DNA of 64,000 nt, from contig AP026127.1 of the NCBI GenBank assembly GCA_030295235.1, positions 1,364,001-1,428,000 on the forward strand, read 5' to 3'. The notes under the pieces are model-generated. The model searched no databases, had not been told where the DNA came from, and saw nothing but the letters and a program-made list of their open reading frames with translations. The translations under genes and the position numbers were made by a program. Positions 12,327-24,299 of this stretch are shown here, in pieces (the first letter of the stretch is position 1; the number at the start of each line of letters is the position of its first letter). This stretch comes from Fistulifera solaris. Taxonomy: Eukaryota.

Positions 12327-12405
12327 GAAAGGACGTTAAAATTCTGCCTCTCGGTACAAGTTTCTATGTAGAACCTACGGCGAGGCAGAACTTTAACCTC
12401 GTTTC
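12327..12405. repeat. 79-bp hairpin (MITE-like) element, left copy
   Basis: 24-bp arms at 12327-12350 and 12382-12405 pair at 21/24 positions; the whole element is an inverted copy of 17143-17221. Confidence 0.9.
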
Positions 12406-12409
12406 TCTC

Positions 12410-15400
12410 TCTAGCGGCTAGCGGAACGCTCGACTTCGAATCACTATACCCCGAAAGTGTGCATAACGATTTTTCACGACTGCATGTTAGTCATGAATCG
12501 CTATTGAGATTGTGCCAAAGTACACCCAAGGCTCCATTTGCCATTTATTCTCACAGGAATACATATTTTATCAGTTGCTGGAGCTTAAAAAATTTCTTTG
12601 AGTCCGTTCATAGCACAATTCGGCAATCGTGTGATTGAAAAGGCGCTAGCGGAACGCTCGACTTTGAATCACTATACCCCGAAAGTGTGGATTACGATTT
12701 TTCACGACTGCATTTTGATCATGAATCGCTATTGAGATTGTGACAAAGTACACCCAAGGCTCCATTTGCCATTTGTTTTCACAGGAATACATATTTTATC
12801 TGTTGCTGTAGCTTAAAAAATTTCTTTGAGTCCGTTCATAGCACAATTCGGCAATCGTGTGATTGAAAAGGCTCTAGCGGAACGCTCGACTTTGAATCAC
12901 TATACCCTGAAAGTGTGGATTACGATTTTTCACGACTGCATTTTAGTCATGAATCGCTATTGAGATTGTGCCAAAGTACACCCAAGGCTCCATTTGTTCT
13001 CACAGGAATACATATTTTATCAGTTGCTGTAGCTTAAAAAATTTCTTTGAGTCCGTTCATAGCTCAATTCGGCAATCGTGTGATTGAAAAGGCGCTAGCG
13101 GAACGCTCGACTTTGAATCACTATACCCCGAAAGTGTGGATTACGACTTTTCACGACTGCTTTTTAGTCATGAATCGCTATTGAGATTGTGCCAAAGTAA
13201 ACCCAAGGCTCCATTTGTTCTCACAGGAATACAAAATTATATGTTGCGGCAGCTTTATAAATTTCAATGAGGCCGTTCATACTACAATTCGGCAATCGTG
13301 TGATTGAAAAGGCTCTAGCGGAACGCTCGACTTCGGATCACTATACCCCGAAAGTGTGCATAACGATTTTTCACGACTGCATGTTAGTCATGAATCGCTA
13401 TTGAGATTGTGCCAAAGTAAACCCAAGGCTCCATTTGCCATTTATTCTCACAGGAATACATATTCAATCAGTTGCGGGAGCTTAAAAAATTTCTTTGAGT
13501 CCGTTCATAGCTCAATTCGGCAATCGTGTGATTGAAAAGGCGCTAGCGGCTTCGAATCACTATACCCCGAAAGTGTGGATTACGATTTTTCACGACTGCT
13601 TTTTAGTCATGAATCGCTATTGAGATTGTGCCAAAGTAAACCCAAGGCTCCATTTGTTCTCACAGGAATACAAAATTATATGTTGCGGCAGCTTTATAAA
13701 TTTCAATGAGGCCGTTCATACTACAATTCGGCAATCGTGTGATTGAAAAGGCGCTAGCGGCTTCGAATCACTATACCCCGAAAGTGTGGATTACGACTTT
13801 TCACGACTGCTTTTTAGTCATGAATCGCTATTGAGATTGTGCCAAAGTAAACCCAAGGCTCCATTTGTTCTCACAGGAATACAAAATTATATGTTGCGGC
13901 AGCTTTATAAATTTCAATGAGGCCGTTCATACTACAATTCGGCAATCGTGTGATTGAAAAGGCGCTAGCGGCTTCGAATCACTATACCCCGAAAGTGTGG
14001 ATTACGATTTTTCACGACTGCATTTTAGTCATGAATCGCTATTGAGATTGTGCCAAAGTAAACCCAAGGCTCCATTTGTTCTCACAGGAATACAAAATTA
14101 TATGTTGCGGCAGCTTTATAAATTTCAATGAGGCCGTTCATACTACAATTCGGCAATCGTGTGATTGAAAAGGCGCTAGCGGCTTCGAATCACTATACCC
14201 CGAAAGTGTGGATTACGATTTTTCACGACTGCTTTTTAGTCATGAATCGCTATTGAGATTGTGCCAAAGTAAACCCAAGGCTCCATTTGTTCTCACAGGA
14301 ATACAAAATTATATGTTGCGGCAGCTTTATAAATTTCAATGAGGCCGTTCATACTACAATTCGGCAATCGTGTGATTGAAAAGGCGCTAGCGGCTTCGAA
14401 TCACTATACCCTGAAAGTGTGGATTACGATTTTTCACGACTGCATTTTAGTCATGAATCGCTATTGAGATTGTGCCAAAGGAAACCCAAGGCTCCATTTG
14501 TTCTCACAGGAATACAAAATTATATGTTGCGGCAGCTTTATAAATTTTAATGAGTCCGTTCATAGCACAATTCGGCAATCGTGTGATTGAAAAGGCTCTA
14601 GCGGAACGCTCGACTTTGAATCACTATACCCTGAAAGTGTGGATTACGATTTTTCACGACTGCATTTTAGTCATGAATCGCTATTGAGATTGTGCCAAAG
14701 TACACCCAAGGCTCCATTTGTTCTCACAGGAATACATATTTTATCAGTTGCTGTAGCTTAAAAAATTTCTTTGAGTCCGTTCATAGCTCAATTCGGCAAT
14801 CGTGTGATTGAAAAGGCGCTAGCGGAACGCTCGACTTTGAATCACTATACCCCGAAAGTGTGGATTACGACTTTTCACGACTGCATTTTAGTCATGAATC
14901 GCTATTGAGATTGTGCCAAAGTAAACCCAAGGCTCCATTTGTTCTCACAGGAATACAAAATTATATGTTGCGGCAGCTTTATAAATTTCAATGAGGCCGT
15001 TCATACTACAATTCGGCAATCGTGTGATTGAAAAGGCTCTAGCGGAACGCTCGACTTCGGATCACTATACCCTGAAAGTGTGGATTACGATTTTTCACGA
15101 CTGCATTTTAGTCATGAATCGCTATTGAGATTGTGCCAAAGTACACCCAAGGCTCCATTTGCCATTTATTCTCACAGGAATACATATTTTATCTGTTGCT
15201 GTAGCTTAAAAAATTTCTTTGAGTCCGTTCATAGCTCAATTCGGCAATCGTGAGATTGAAAAGGCGCTAGCGGAACGCTCGACTTTGAATCACTATACCC
15301 CGAAAGTGTGGATTACGATTTTTCACGACTGCATTTTAGTCATGAATCGCTATTGAGATTGTGCCAAAGTACACCCAAGGCTCCATTTGCCATTTATTCT

Positions 15401-16995
15401 CACAGGAATACATATTTTATCAGTTGCTGGAGCTTAAAAAATTTCTTTGAGTCCGTTCATAGCACAATTCGGCAATCGTGTGATTGAAAAGGCGCTAGCG
15501 GAACGCTCGACTTCGAATCACTATACCCCGAAAGTGTGGATTACGATTTTTCACGACTGCATTTTAGTCATGAATCGCTATTGAGATTGTGACAAAGTAC
15601 ACCCAAGGCTCCATTTGCCATTTGTTTTCACAGGAATACATATTTTATCTGTTGCTGTAGCTTAAAAAATTTCTTTGAGTCCGTTCATAGCACAATTCGG
15701 CAATCGTGTGATTGAAAAGGCTCTAGCGGAACGCTCGACTTTGAATCACTATACCCTGAAAGTGTGGATTACGATTTTTCACGACTGCATTTTAGTCATG
15801 AATCGCTATTGAGATTGTGCCAAAGTACACCCAAGGCTCCATTTGCCATTTGTTTTCACAGGAATACATATTTTATCAGTTGCTGTAGCTTAAAAAATTT
15901 CTTTGAGTCCGTTCATAGCTCAATTCGGCAATCGTGAGATTGAAAAGGCTCTAGCGGAACGCTCGACTTTGAATCACTATACCCCGAAAGTGTGGATTAC
16001 GATTTTTCACGACTGCATTTTAGTCATGAATCGCTATTGAGATTGTGCCAAAGTAAACCCAAGGCTCCATTTGTTCTCACAGGAATACAAAATTATATGT
16101 TGCGGCAGCTTTATAAATTTCAATGAGGCCGTTCATACTACAATTCGGCAATCGTGTGATTGAAAAGGCGCTAGCGGCTTCGAATCACTATACCCCGAAA
16201 GTGTGGATTACGATTTTTCACGACTGCATTTTAGTCATGAATCGCTATTGAGATTGTGCCAAAGTAAACCCAAGGCTCCATTTGCCATTTATTCTCACAG
16301 GAATACATATTTTATCAGTTGCTGGAGCTTAAAAAATTTCAATGAGGCCGTTCATACTACAATTCGGCAATCGTGTGATTGAAAAGGCGCTAGCGGAACG
16401 CTCGACTTCGAATCACTATACCCCGAAAGTGTGGATTACGATTTTTCACGACTGCATTTTAGTCATCAATCGCTATTGAGATTGTGCCAAAGTACACCCA
16501 AGGCTCTATTCGTTCTACCTGTAACAGGAATATAAATTCTATCCGTTGCTGAAGCATTATACATTTTTTGGACGCCTTTCATTTTACAATTTGGCAATGT
16601 TGTGAGTAAACCCAAGGCTCCATTTGTTCTCACAGGAATACAAAATAATATGTTGCTGCAGCTTTATAAATTTCAATGAGGCTGTTCATACTACAATTCG
16701 GCAATCGTGTGATTGAAAAGGCGCTAGCGGAACGCTCGACTTTGAATCACTATACCCCGAAAGTGTGGATTACGATTTTTCACGACTGCATTTTAGTCAT
16801 CAATCGCTATTGAGATTGTGCCAAAGTACACCCAAGGCTCTATTCGTTCTACCTGTAACAGGAATATAAATTCTATCCGTTGCTGAAGCATTATACATTT
16901 TTTGGACGCCTTTCATTTTACAATTTGGCAATGTTGTGATTGAAAAGGCTCTAGCGGAACGCTTGAATCGAACCACTATACCTATATACCCCCAA
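12410..16995. repeat. Satellite tandem array, about 21 monomers of 211-228 bp
   Basis: CTAGCGG monomer starts at 12418, 12646, 12874, 13095, 13315, 13543, 13754, 13965, 14176, 14387, 14598, 14819, 15039, 15267, 15495, 15723, 15951, 16171, 16390, 16724 and 16951 (partial), plus a half unit at about 16606; no ORFs; about 39% GC by hand count of one monomer. Confidence 0.98.
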
Positions 16996-17142
16996 GTAAA
17001 CGCCTACGAAAAGCTTCCTACTCGGTGAATTTGTCGTCGGGGGCTGGGAGTTCGAGTCGGACGAAAGAAACTGATATTGAATCCTCCCTCGCTTGCTCCC
17101 TCCCTCGCCACCTCCACCACACGTGGCAAATGTGGTGTTCTG

Positions 17143-17221
17143 GAAACGACGTTAAAATTCTGCCTCGCCGTAGGCTTTACGTAGAAACTTGTACTGAGAG
17201 GCAGAATTTTAACGTCCTTTC
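17143..17221. repeat. 79-bp hairpin (MITE-like) element, right copy, inverted relative to the left copy
   Basis: Arms gaaacgacgttaaaattctgcctc and gaggcagaattttaacgtcctttc (23/24 paired); the loop is the reverse complement of the left-copy loop. Confidence 0.9.
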
Positions 17222-17469
17222 CTATTTCAATTCCGCCGTTTACACAACGCTTCTACTGGGTTGAGGATCTGCTTTCTGCTGGGAGCTGGGAGTTCGGATT
17301 CCTGTAGTAATGTAGTATAATCAATTTAGTAGTAAAGAGGCTATATGTTGTCAGATCGCAGACGTCCCCGTAAGGGTTGATATCTCTGGTCTGGCATCGC
17401 CCGTTGGAGCCAGGTCGACAGTCGACACACACACACACACAACGCAACAATTTCCCATGCTCCTTTTTT

Positions 17470-17975
17470 TGGCATTCGACGTTTCCTTTTTCGCGTCGGC
17501 GTCAACAATTTCCTCGCTGGAAAGCACCTTCTATTTTTATGATCTTTGCTTGCTTGACTATGGAACGTCAGTCAACGAAAGTATCCACACATAAAAGTTT
17601 GGTGTGTCGTTTTCGGCCGGATTGCTTCAAGAGCGGCCATGATATGAGCAGTTGCGTTTCGAGCTTCGCGGCTCGCTCCAACGGAGCCTCAACGATGTCG
17701 CCTGTGGCTCTATTAAAACATAAACACAAGAGTTTTAAATGATATATATCTTCTAGGCTCATTTGCAGCACATTGCGGCCGCTTCTACGGCTTCGGCAGC
17801 GCACAGAAACTCCCCCTCTCCGCCGTCTTAGGAAGCAGACGACGCGCGAGCCCGTCCTAAATGTTCGCTTCCCAGTGGCTAAATCGACTCCCACGACCGG
17901 AAACACTTAGGAAAGCCGTTGTTCCTTCGCTCGGAGACGCCTTAACTCAATCAACAAAAATGAATATTCAGAGTA
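17470..17975 (+). repeat. Dispersed 0.5-kb leader module, copy A
   Basis: Colinear with the reverse complements of 39123-39645 and 47079-47590 (e.g. gcccgtcctaaatgttcgcttcccag, gagcagttgcgtttcgagcttcgcggctcgct). Confidence 0.92.
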
Positions 17976-18134
17976 ACAGTAAGTAGGTATGTGTTATGTG
18001 ATCATGCTGGTCGGTAGTCTCGGCAACGAACGAGGATCACTGCTGTCTTTCTATTGTTCTGTCGAAACGTAAGAAAGCGTTGAAATTCAGCTGTTTGCAC
18101 TTGAAAAGTATCTTATATCATATCAATCCTTACA

Positions 18135-20927
18135 ATGAGTGGCGTCAACATCAATCCTATTTTAAACGACCTCATACGCAGTGCTACTGAGATGTTCGAA
18201 TGGGACAAAAAGGAGAATGCGTGGCGATGCAACCAGTGCCCAGAAAGTGATGTTCCTGTAAGGTTCAATAACCATTTAGCCCTGAAGAAGCACATAAAGA
18301 AACACAAAGGCATTTGTGCACAAGGGTGTGAGTTTGACTGGGGTAAAACACCTGGCACCCTCTTTAGATTTCAGAGCAATGGTCCAGATATCAATTGCAG
18401 GGTTTGCGGTTTGATTCTCGAAAACTCCAAAGACTCGCTTTTAAAGCACGCACTCGACGAGCACGGAGACGTGGGCGTCGGACCGTGGCTTATAGAACCA
18501 TACCTCAAGAAGGCCAACGTTGACAAAAATAATTCTCATCTCAAGATTGACGGTCAAGCAATGGTACGCGACTTGCACGGATACGCACATGTTGACGAAC
18601 ACTCCATGGCTACTCGACACGGAGCAAATGCAACGAATGACAATGTAAAGGAAGGTTACTTCGGAATGTAAGTGCACAGCTGTGACTTTGGAGTTCTTCA
18701 TATGGTTGTGTTGGCGAAGAAGACGACGACTCACTGTTTCCTCTGCTTTTTGCAGACCTGTGAATGTAAATTGTCCAGACCCTCGTTCGGAAAGTGAGCA
18801 GCTAGGTTTTTCTCTACCTATTAGCCCGGCCTGTGTATCGTCTCCGGAAGCTCGTAAGGATGAGGCTTTTTCCGATGCACCATCATCGTCGCCGTGTAAG
18901 AAAACGCTTTTTTCCCGTCCGAATTTTACTCGCAACAACTTCAATCGCATCGCGTCTTGCGACAATCTCGCCCAATTATTGCGCTCTTCCGATAATTCCG
19001 ATGATAATGATCTCGCAGACAAACTTGACACCTCCTCGTCGTCCGCATTGAATATTACTTCCTCTTCAATTCCTCGATCCGCGGGCTTGGAGGAGAGCAA
19101 TCTCAAAAACGATAGCAACGCAGAATTCGAACAACCTTTACAGCCACGCACGCCTTTGTCCGTGATAGCAAATGGACAAGATCGCCAATCGACTTCTTCG
19201 GTCAAGCGGAAACCGGCGCTGCCAGCTCACATTGTGGCAACTGGAGCAGCTCTCAATGAAAAGCTACTGCTTCATGTCTTTTCGTTTCTGTCATTGAGCG
19301 AAATCACGACAACGGCGTCGGCAGTTTGCACTTCGTGGTCGGATGCTGCATTGACTGCAACTTGCAGCTTGATGTGCAGCATCCTAAACTTTCCAGACGA
19401 TGACGAGCTCAATGGGGAATATCCTTCCGCCGCTTCTTCTTTGGTGCTTGAGAAAGGTTGGGATGATTTGACGCGCTTATTTCCTTGGGGACGTTATCTT
19501 TCCGGCGGTGCATCAAAGGCCGTTTATCGAGTTCACAACAAGTTTACTAACCGTGCCGAAGCTGTCTCGGTCATGTGAGTTGAAATAGATTTGATCAATG
19601 CTCTGCCTGTCGTCTTGTTGGATACTAATACGCTTGTCGCCACAGGGATTTTGATACAATCACTCATACAAAGACCATCTTGGCCGAGCTCTTGGTTTCG
19701 TGGAAGTTGAGCTCGCTGACGCGTCTTGGAATTTGCCCGAACTTTGTCACAATTCGAGAAGTCTTTACATGCGGGCATCCTCCGCCTTCGGACTGGGGAA
19801 CCGCGGAGGAGGAGGCGAAACTTGGAGATGCTTTTGACCCAGGGATGTCGTATAAGCCGCCATCAAAACCCAAGAAATCGTACCCCGGCCGTTTTGTGTT
19901 TATTCGTATGGACCTGTGTAACCAAGGCGATGCGGAAGCTTTTTTGAAAAATCAGACTGGCGAAAGTGTTGATTCTCTGGTGGCTCGTTCATTCATCTTT
20001 CAAGTTGCGTTTGCATTGCATGTTGCTGGTGCCAAATTTTCTGTGAAGCACTACGATGAAAAATTGTTGAACGTCTTCTTGCACGCCCCGGAGGTGAAAC
20101 GGAATTTGGTACTTCGGTACGGTCTCGGCTCCCGAACATTTGCTCTGAATATGCCGCCGGGACAGGCGATTATTGCTAAAATCGCTGATTACGGCACCGC
20201 TGATATCCGACCTGAATCGAATGGAGAGCCCGTTACTGCGGCACAATTCACCACCATCGAAAATACGCCTCCTGATTTCATGATTCTTGGAGACCGTGCG
20301 CAGCAAGGTCCCGCTCACGACTGCTTTGGGCTGGGTCTCTGTATGTTGCATTTGTTCACAGGGCATGCGCCGTATGAAGAGATTCTCAAGAGTGTCAAAT
20401 GCCCGTCCAATCTGGAGAAGCGCCTGCGAAACATATGGGAGAATAAAAATGATGGTAACTATACGGTCATTCGCAGTGTCATTCTATCTGATGTTGAAGA
20501 AGATGAAGATGGGAATGTTGTCAGTGGAGAGCCGGACGAAAGGGTCTATCATACGCTCTACAGATTCTTGGTCTTGTTTGGTATTCCTGATTTAAAGTTC
20601 AAACGCAAGCGAGGCCCGAAAGTTTGGGTTGCAATCCAACAATTATTGGTCGAGCAAGGCGAAGGGCCCGATGCAAAGACCTATCGAAAGCATTGCAAAA
20701 AGTTTTCCATTTTGGAAGGACAGAACTTTTACATTAAAAGAGCTCGCAAAAGTTTGGAAAGCATGGATGGAGGCTTGGAACTTCTTTTTGAGCTGTGCTC
20801 GTTTGACCCTTCGACGCGTGCTACTGCGCTTGATGTTTTGAATTCACGCTTCATGGCAGCTCTTGTGGAGAATGAAAATAGCTTATACGACCCAGAAGAC
20901 ACGGTGCACTCATTCACAAGCTTTTAG
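18135..20927 (+). CDS. C2H2 zinc-finger + F-box-like + Ser/Thr protein kinase, about 877 aa; exons 18135-18667, 18756-19574, 19646-20927
   Basis: Both GT-AG introns restore frame; CNQC..HIKKH and CRVC..HALDEH fingers; 'LNEKLLLHVFSFLSLSEI...SAVCTSW' F-box; kinase motifs LSGGASKAVY, HYDEKLLN, KIADYGTA, DPSTR. Confidence 0.88.
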
Positions 20928-22917
20928 TTCTAGAGTGATAAATTTAGAAGCTTATTTCATTACTACGTGCCTTAGATTTGATCAGTTGTGACGAACCATC
21001 TATCAACTAAATGCCTAGTGCACCGTTACTATCTATGCCTATGTCTTTACTGTCTCGATTCATTCCAGAAGCGTATGATCTTCTGAAACTTCCGCTTCCT
21101 CGTAAAGATACAATGCAAGCACGGAGAAACGACAAGAGACTTCAGCGTTGATGTTGCAAGTACGTCGAGAGCGGTAAAATCCAATATTCCTTGACATCCT
21201 TGGCAAAACCATCGTTTCTTAATGATGCCAAAATCATTCGGAAAAGTCTCTTCAAGCCTTGGCAGATCACGAAGCTCGAAAGTCATGACACAAAGTGAGC
21301 CTGACGACTCTTTTGCAGGGAGAACACGAACGGGACGGGTGGTTTGTTGCATCTACACACAATAGGACGCACTGGGACAGGATGATTGTTACGTTGATGC
21401 GAATGCACCTTATAGGTCACCTCCTCTTTACAAGACAAATGCGCTACCGGAATTGGTCGCGATTGTTGCGAATTCGTAAAGCAGGGGAAAAGAATTTATG
21501 TCATTGTCGGGGTACCTGTGCTCGAAAATTAAATTAAAAGTGCGCGTGACTACTCGAAGAGCTGCAACTCAACCCAACTGCTGTCTATGCCACGCTATAT
21601 AACGACCTTCTTCCAGCCGAACATAGTCTCCTCGTCGTACTAAGGATCCTTTCGAACCACACAACCAGTCGATTCAAACCAAGACGTGGCAATCTCATCC
21701 ACGCTTACTTTAACACAGTCATTAAAAGGCCAGTAATTCAGAAGCAATCACCCAATCTCTCAATTGTTGAGATACAGAAGCTTACAGAAGTAGCCGAGAT
21801 TGCGAATTTTCCCGTCAAGCAGCTTTAGCGATGTCGAGGTAACACGAAACTCTCGCAGCTGGTCCAGCAATAGCAGATTGGCTGCGAAACTACTAACCGG
21901 TCGCGCATCGGAGTTACTGATAAAAGAAAAATCAACTGCTTCAGATTTCCCGACTGGTCAATTTAAAGTCGCTCATTGCGTTGAAGGGAAACTTTTTTCA
22001 TTCACCACCAATACCATCATTTCATCCCCCGGCAATATACAGCATTTTGACCCGGATCACGGAGTTCATTAGGGTGATAAGCATATGAAATTTAGGCTTT
22101 CAAATCAAAACAAATGTGAAAGGTATGTCGAAGCGTCTGAGTCTTGTGAGCAGCCTTTTTCTTCGTCACAGAGTTGACCACTTTCGCTATATTTGTGGCT
22201 TCAAAGGCAACCCATTTCGGTGTGCAGTCTATCGGGTAAACTTTGTCGTTAATTGCCTACAACTGGTTGCGGATGTAATACAAGATGTTTTTTAACAGTG
22301 TCGTGAGCATCGTAAATTGTATTCCTTTCAAATACTGTCGAAGTACTGGTAAGCGCTTGAAGATAAACAGGAGATGGTCAAACGCAGGAGTTGCAACTGT
22401 CTTCGTTACATCTTTTATACTTTACTTCTCTCAAAGATGACGAGATGGTCGCGACGACGACGGCGGCGGCGGGGCGGTCGAAAATAGAACGCGGCGAAAA
22501 AACACCGCCTTTTCAAAAACATAACGGAGTTTCGGTCAGACATGCATGCATATAGTGAGAAATATCTATGACGAGTTGTTATACACTGGAGCGCGCCCGA
22601 CGCGCTAATCGATGTTTCACAAAAATCCAAGAAGCGTTTTCTTTCTTCGCGCAGAAGCAGGAACTCACAAAATTATTCGCTCTTATTGTCGTCATCAACA
22701 ACAACGACGGGCATCATATTCAGAACTTTTGCTTGGTAAGCTGCTTGTTAAGTGATTGTGATCCGTCGACGTAAGCGCCCTTGGTTGTGAAGAGACCGCC
22801 AGTCGAACTCTTGTCGTCTCGTAATCGTCATCGTGCTCGTTTCCTAACCTTGGAAGCTCGCGATCGATCCTTACTTGAAGTTCCATCTAACGAAGTTTGC
22901 TCAAATTACTTAGGAAA

Positions 22918-23715
22918 ATGGACGACGACTCGATTTTGACTAATACTATAGATGCGGTCGATAGGATGCTTCTGGCCAACACCTGCAAATACTTGGAAGC
23001 CAGCAACTTCCCGGACATTAGAATGTGGATGGAGAGTTACCGGAAGCTCGAGGCCGAACGCATTAGAGGAGACCGGTTTTATCGCAAACTTGAACGTCTT
23101 CGAGAACTCAATATTGGCAGATTCGTCGAGAAACGCAACTATCTACTAAGTGCCTTGGAAGAAGACTGGGTAGGACAAGAAAATCTACCTGTGGAAGCAC
23201 CGGTGATGGAATCACAAGAGAATGCTTCTTTAGTAGTGATGGCGTCGCGCACGAACGAGAATCAGCCATCGGGGGCGAGCTCACGACAGCGATATGAAAA
23301 TGGCACGAAAATATCAAAGTTCTTTGAGGTGAATCAAGTGCATACGGAATTTGATGGAGAGGTTATCTCTTTCGACGAGTCAAATGATGGTTCTGGACGA
23401 TGGTTTTACACTATCCGCTACAATAATGGTCATGTAGAGTATTTGCTAGACGATGAAGTAAGCGTTTCGCTCGATGATCAAGTAAGCGAGCTCCTTGATG
23501 ATGATTCAGAAAACTCGGGTCTCGTATGGGTTCGTGATGGAAAAGAACAACATCCCGCAATTCTTGACAAGACCAAATCTCTTGTAAACAAGGATGAAAA
23601 AACATTGCGTGCTATTCGATGGCAAACATCTGGTCGCCCTGCTTTAGTCGAGCAAAACAAAATCGAGTATAAACTTGCTCCTCGCCGATCGACTGTCCCA
23701 CGATACAGCTTCTGA
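22918..23715 (+). CDS. Protein with a Tudor-like domain and a second SH3/PWWP-like C-terminal module
   Basis: 'RYENGTKISKFF...FDGEVISFD...WFYTIRYNNGHVEYL' and 'LVWVRDGKEQHPA...IRWQTSG'. Confidence 0.65.
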   Translation: MDDDSILTNTIDAVDRMLLANTCKYLEASNFPDIRMWMESYRKLEAERIRGDRFYRKLERLRELNIGRFVEKRNYLLSALEEDWVGQENLPVEAPVMESQENASLVVMASRTNENQPSGASSRQRYENGTKISKFFEVNQVHTEFDGEVISFDESNDGSGRWFYTIRYNNGHVEYLLDDEVSVSLDDQVSELLDDDSENSGLVWVRDGKEQHPAILDKTKSLVNKDEKTLRAIRWQTSGRPALVEQNKIEYKLAPRRSTVPRYSF

Positions 23716-24299
23716 ATTTCGAGCCATGCCTCGACAAGCATTGAAAGGAGCGAAAAAGCAACCAGCAGACGCGAGACGAAAGAATTGTATTATAAAATAT
23801 TTTGGCATAACGCTCCTCTTTGCATTCATCCGTAGAAATTGACATCGGTGAGTCAATATAAGTCGGCAAGCCGCAATCGAAACTCAATGGCAAAAAAAGA
23901 TTTTAACCCTCAAAATAAAAGGAAAAATCTTTTGCAGACCCTGTAGCGAACAACAAGCAACACGGGAGCTTCCAGCCCCGAAATAAGTAAGCTTAGCATG
24001 CGGCCAGTAGCAACAACAGACAAATCAAAAATCCAAAGAAGAAAGACACAATCGATACCGTTTGTGTATTCAGGAATGTGCAAACTACCGAGTTGCTAAT
24101 GGCGTTACCGATTTAGGCGCATTTCCTCCACGTAATTTCACACAAAACATTGCGGATTGTAGCAGAGGGTGTTTTTGATAGGAATCCGAGTTTACGACTG
24201 CGATCTACGCTTTGTATAGTTGAACACCCAAAGCGTAGAGATGATGCGATTACAAACAACGAAAGTATGTCCGATCAAACAAGTCAAAATGCTCTGACC

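Noticed and set aside
12410..16995. tRNA/SINE, 5S, snRNA or spliced-leader gene array
   Set aside because: An A-box-like TAGCGGAACG and a B-box-like TTCGAATC are only a few nt apart and are disrupted in many units; no cloverleaf or recognisable RNA gene sequence
17253..17445. 3' end of a retroelement with a (CA)n tail, or a ribozyme
   Set aside because: No coding remnant or verifiable fold; only a short CA run
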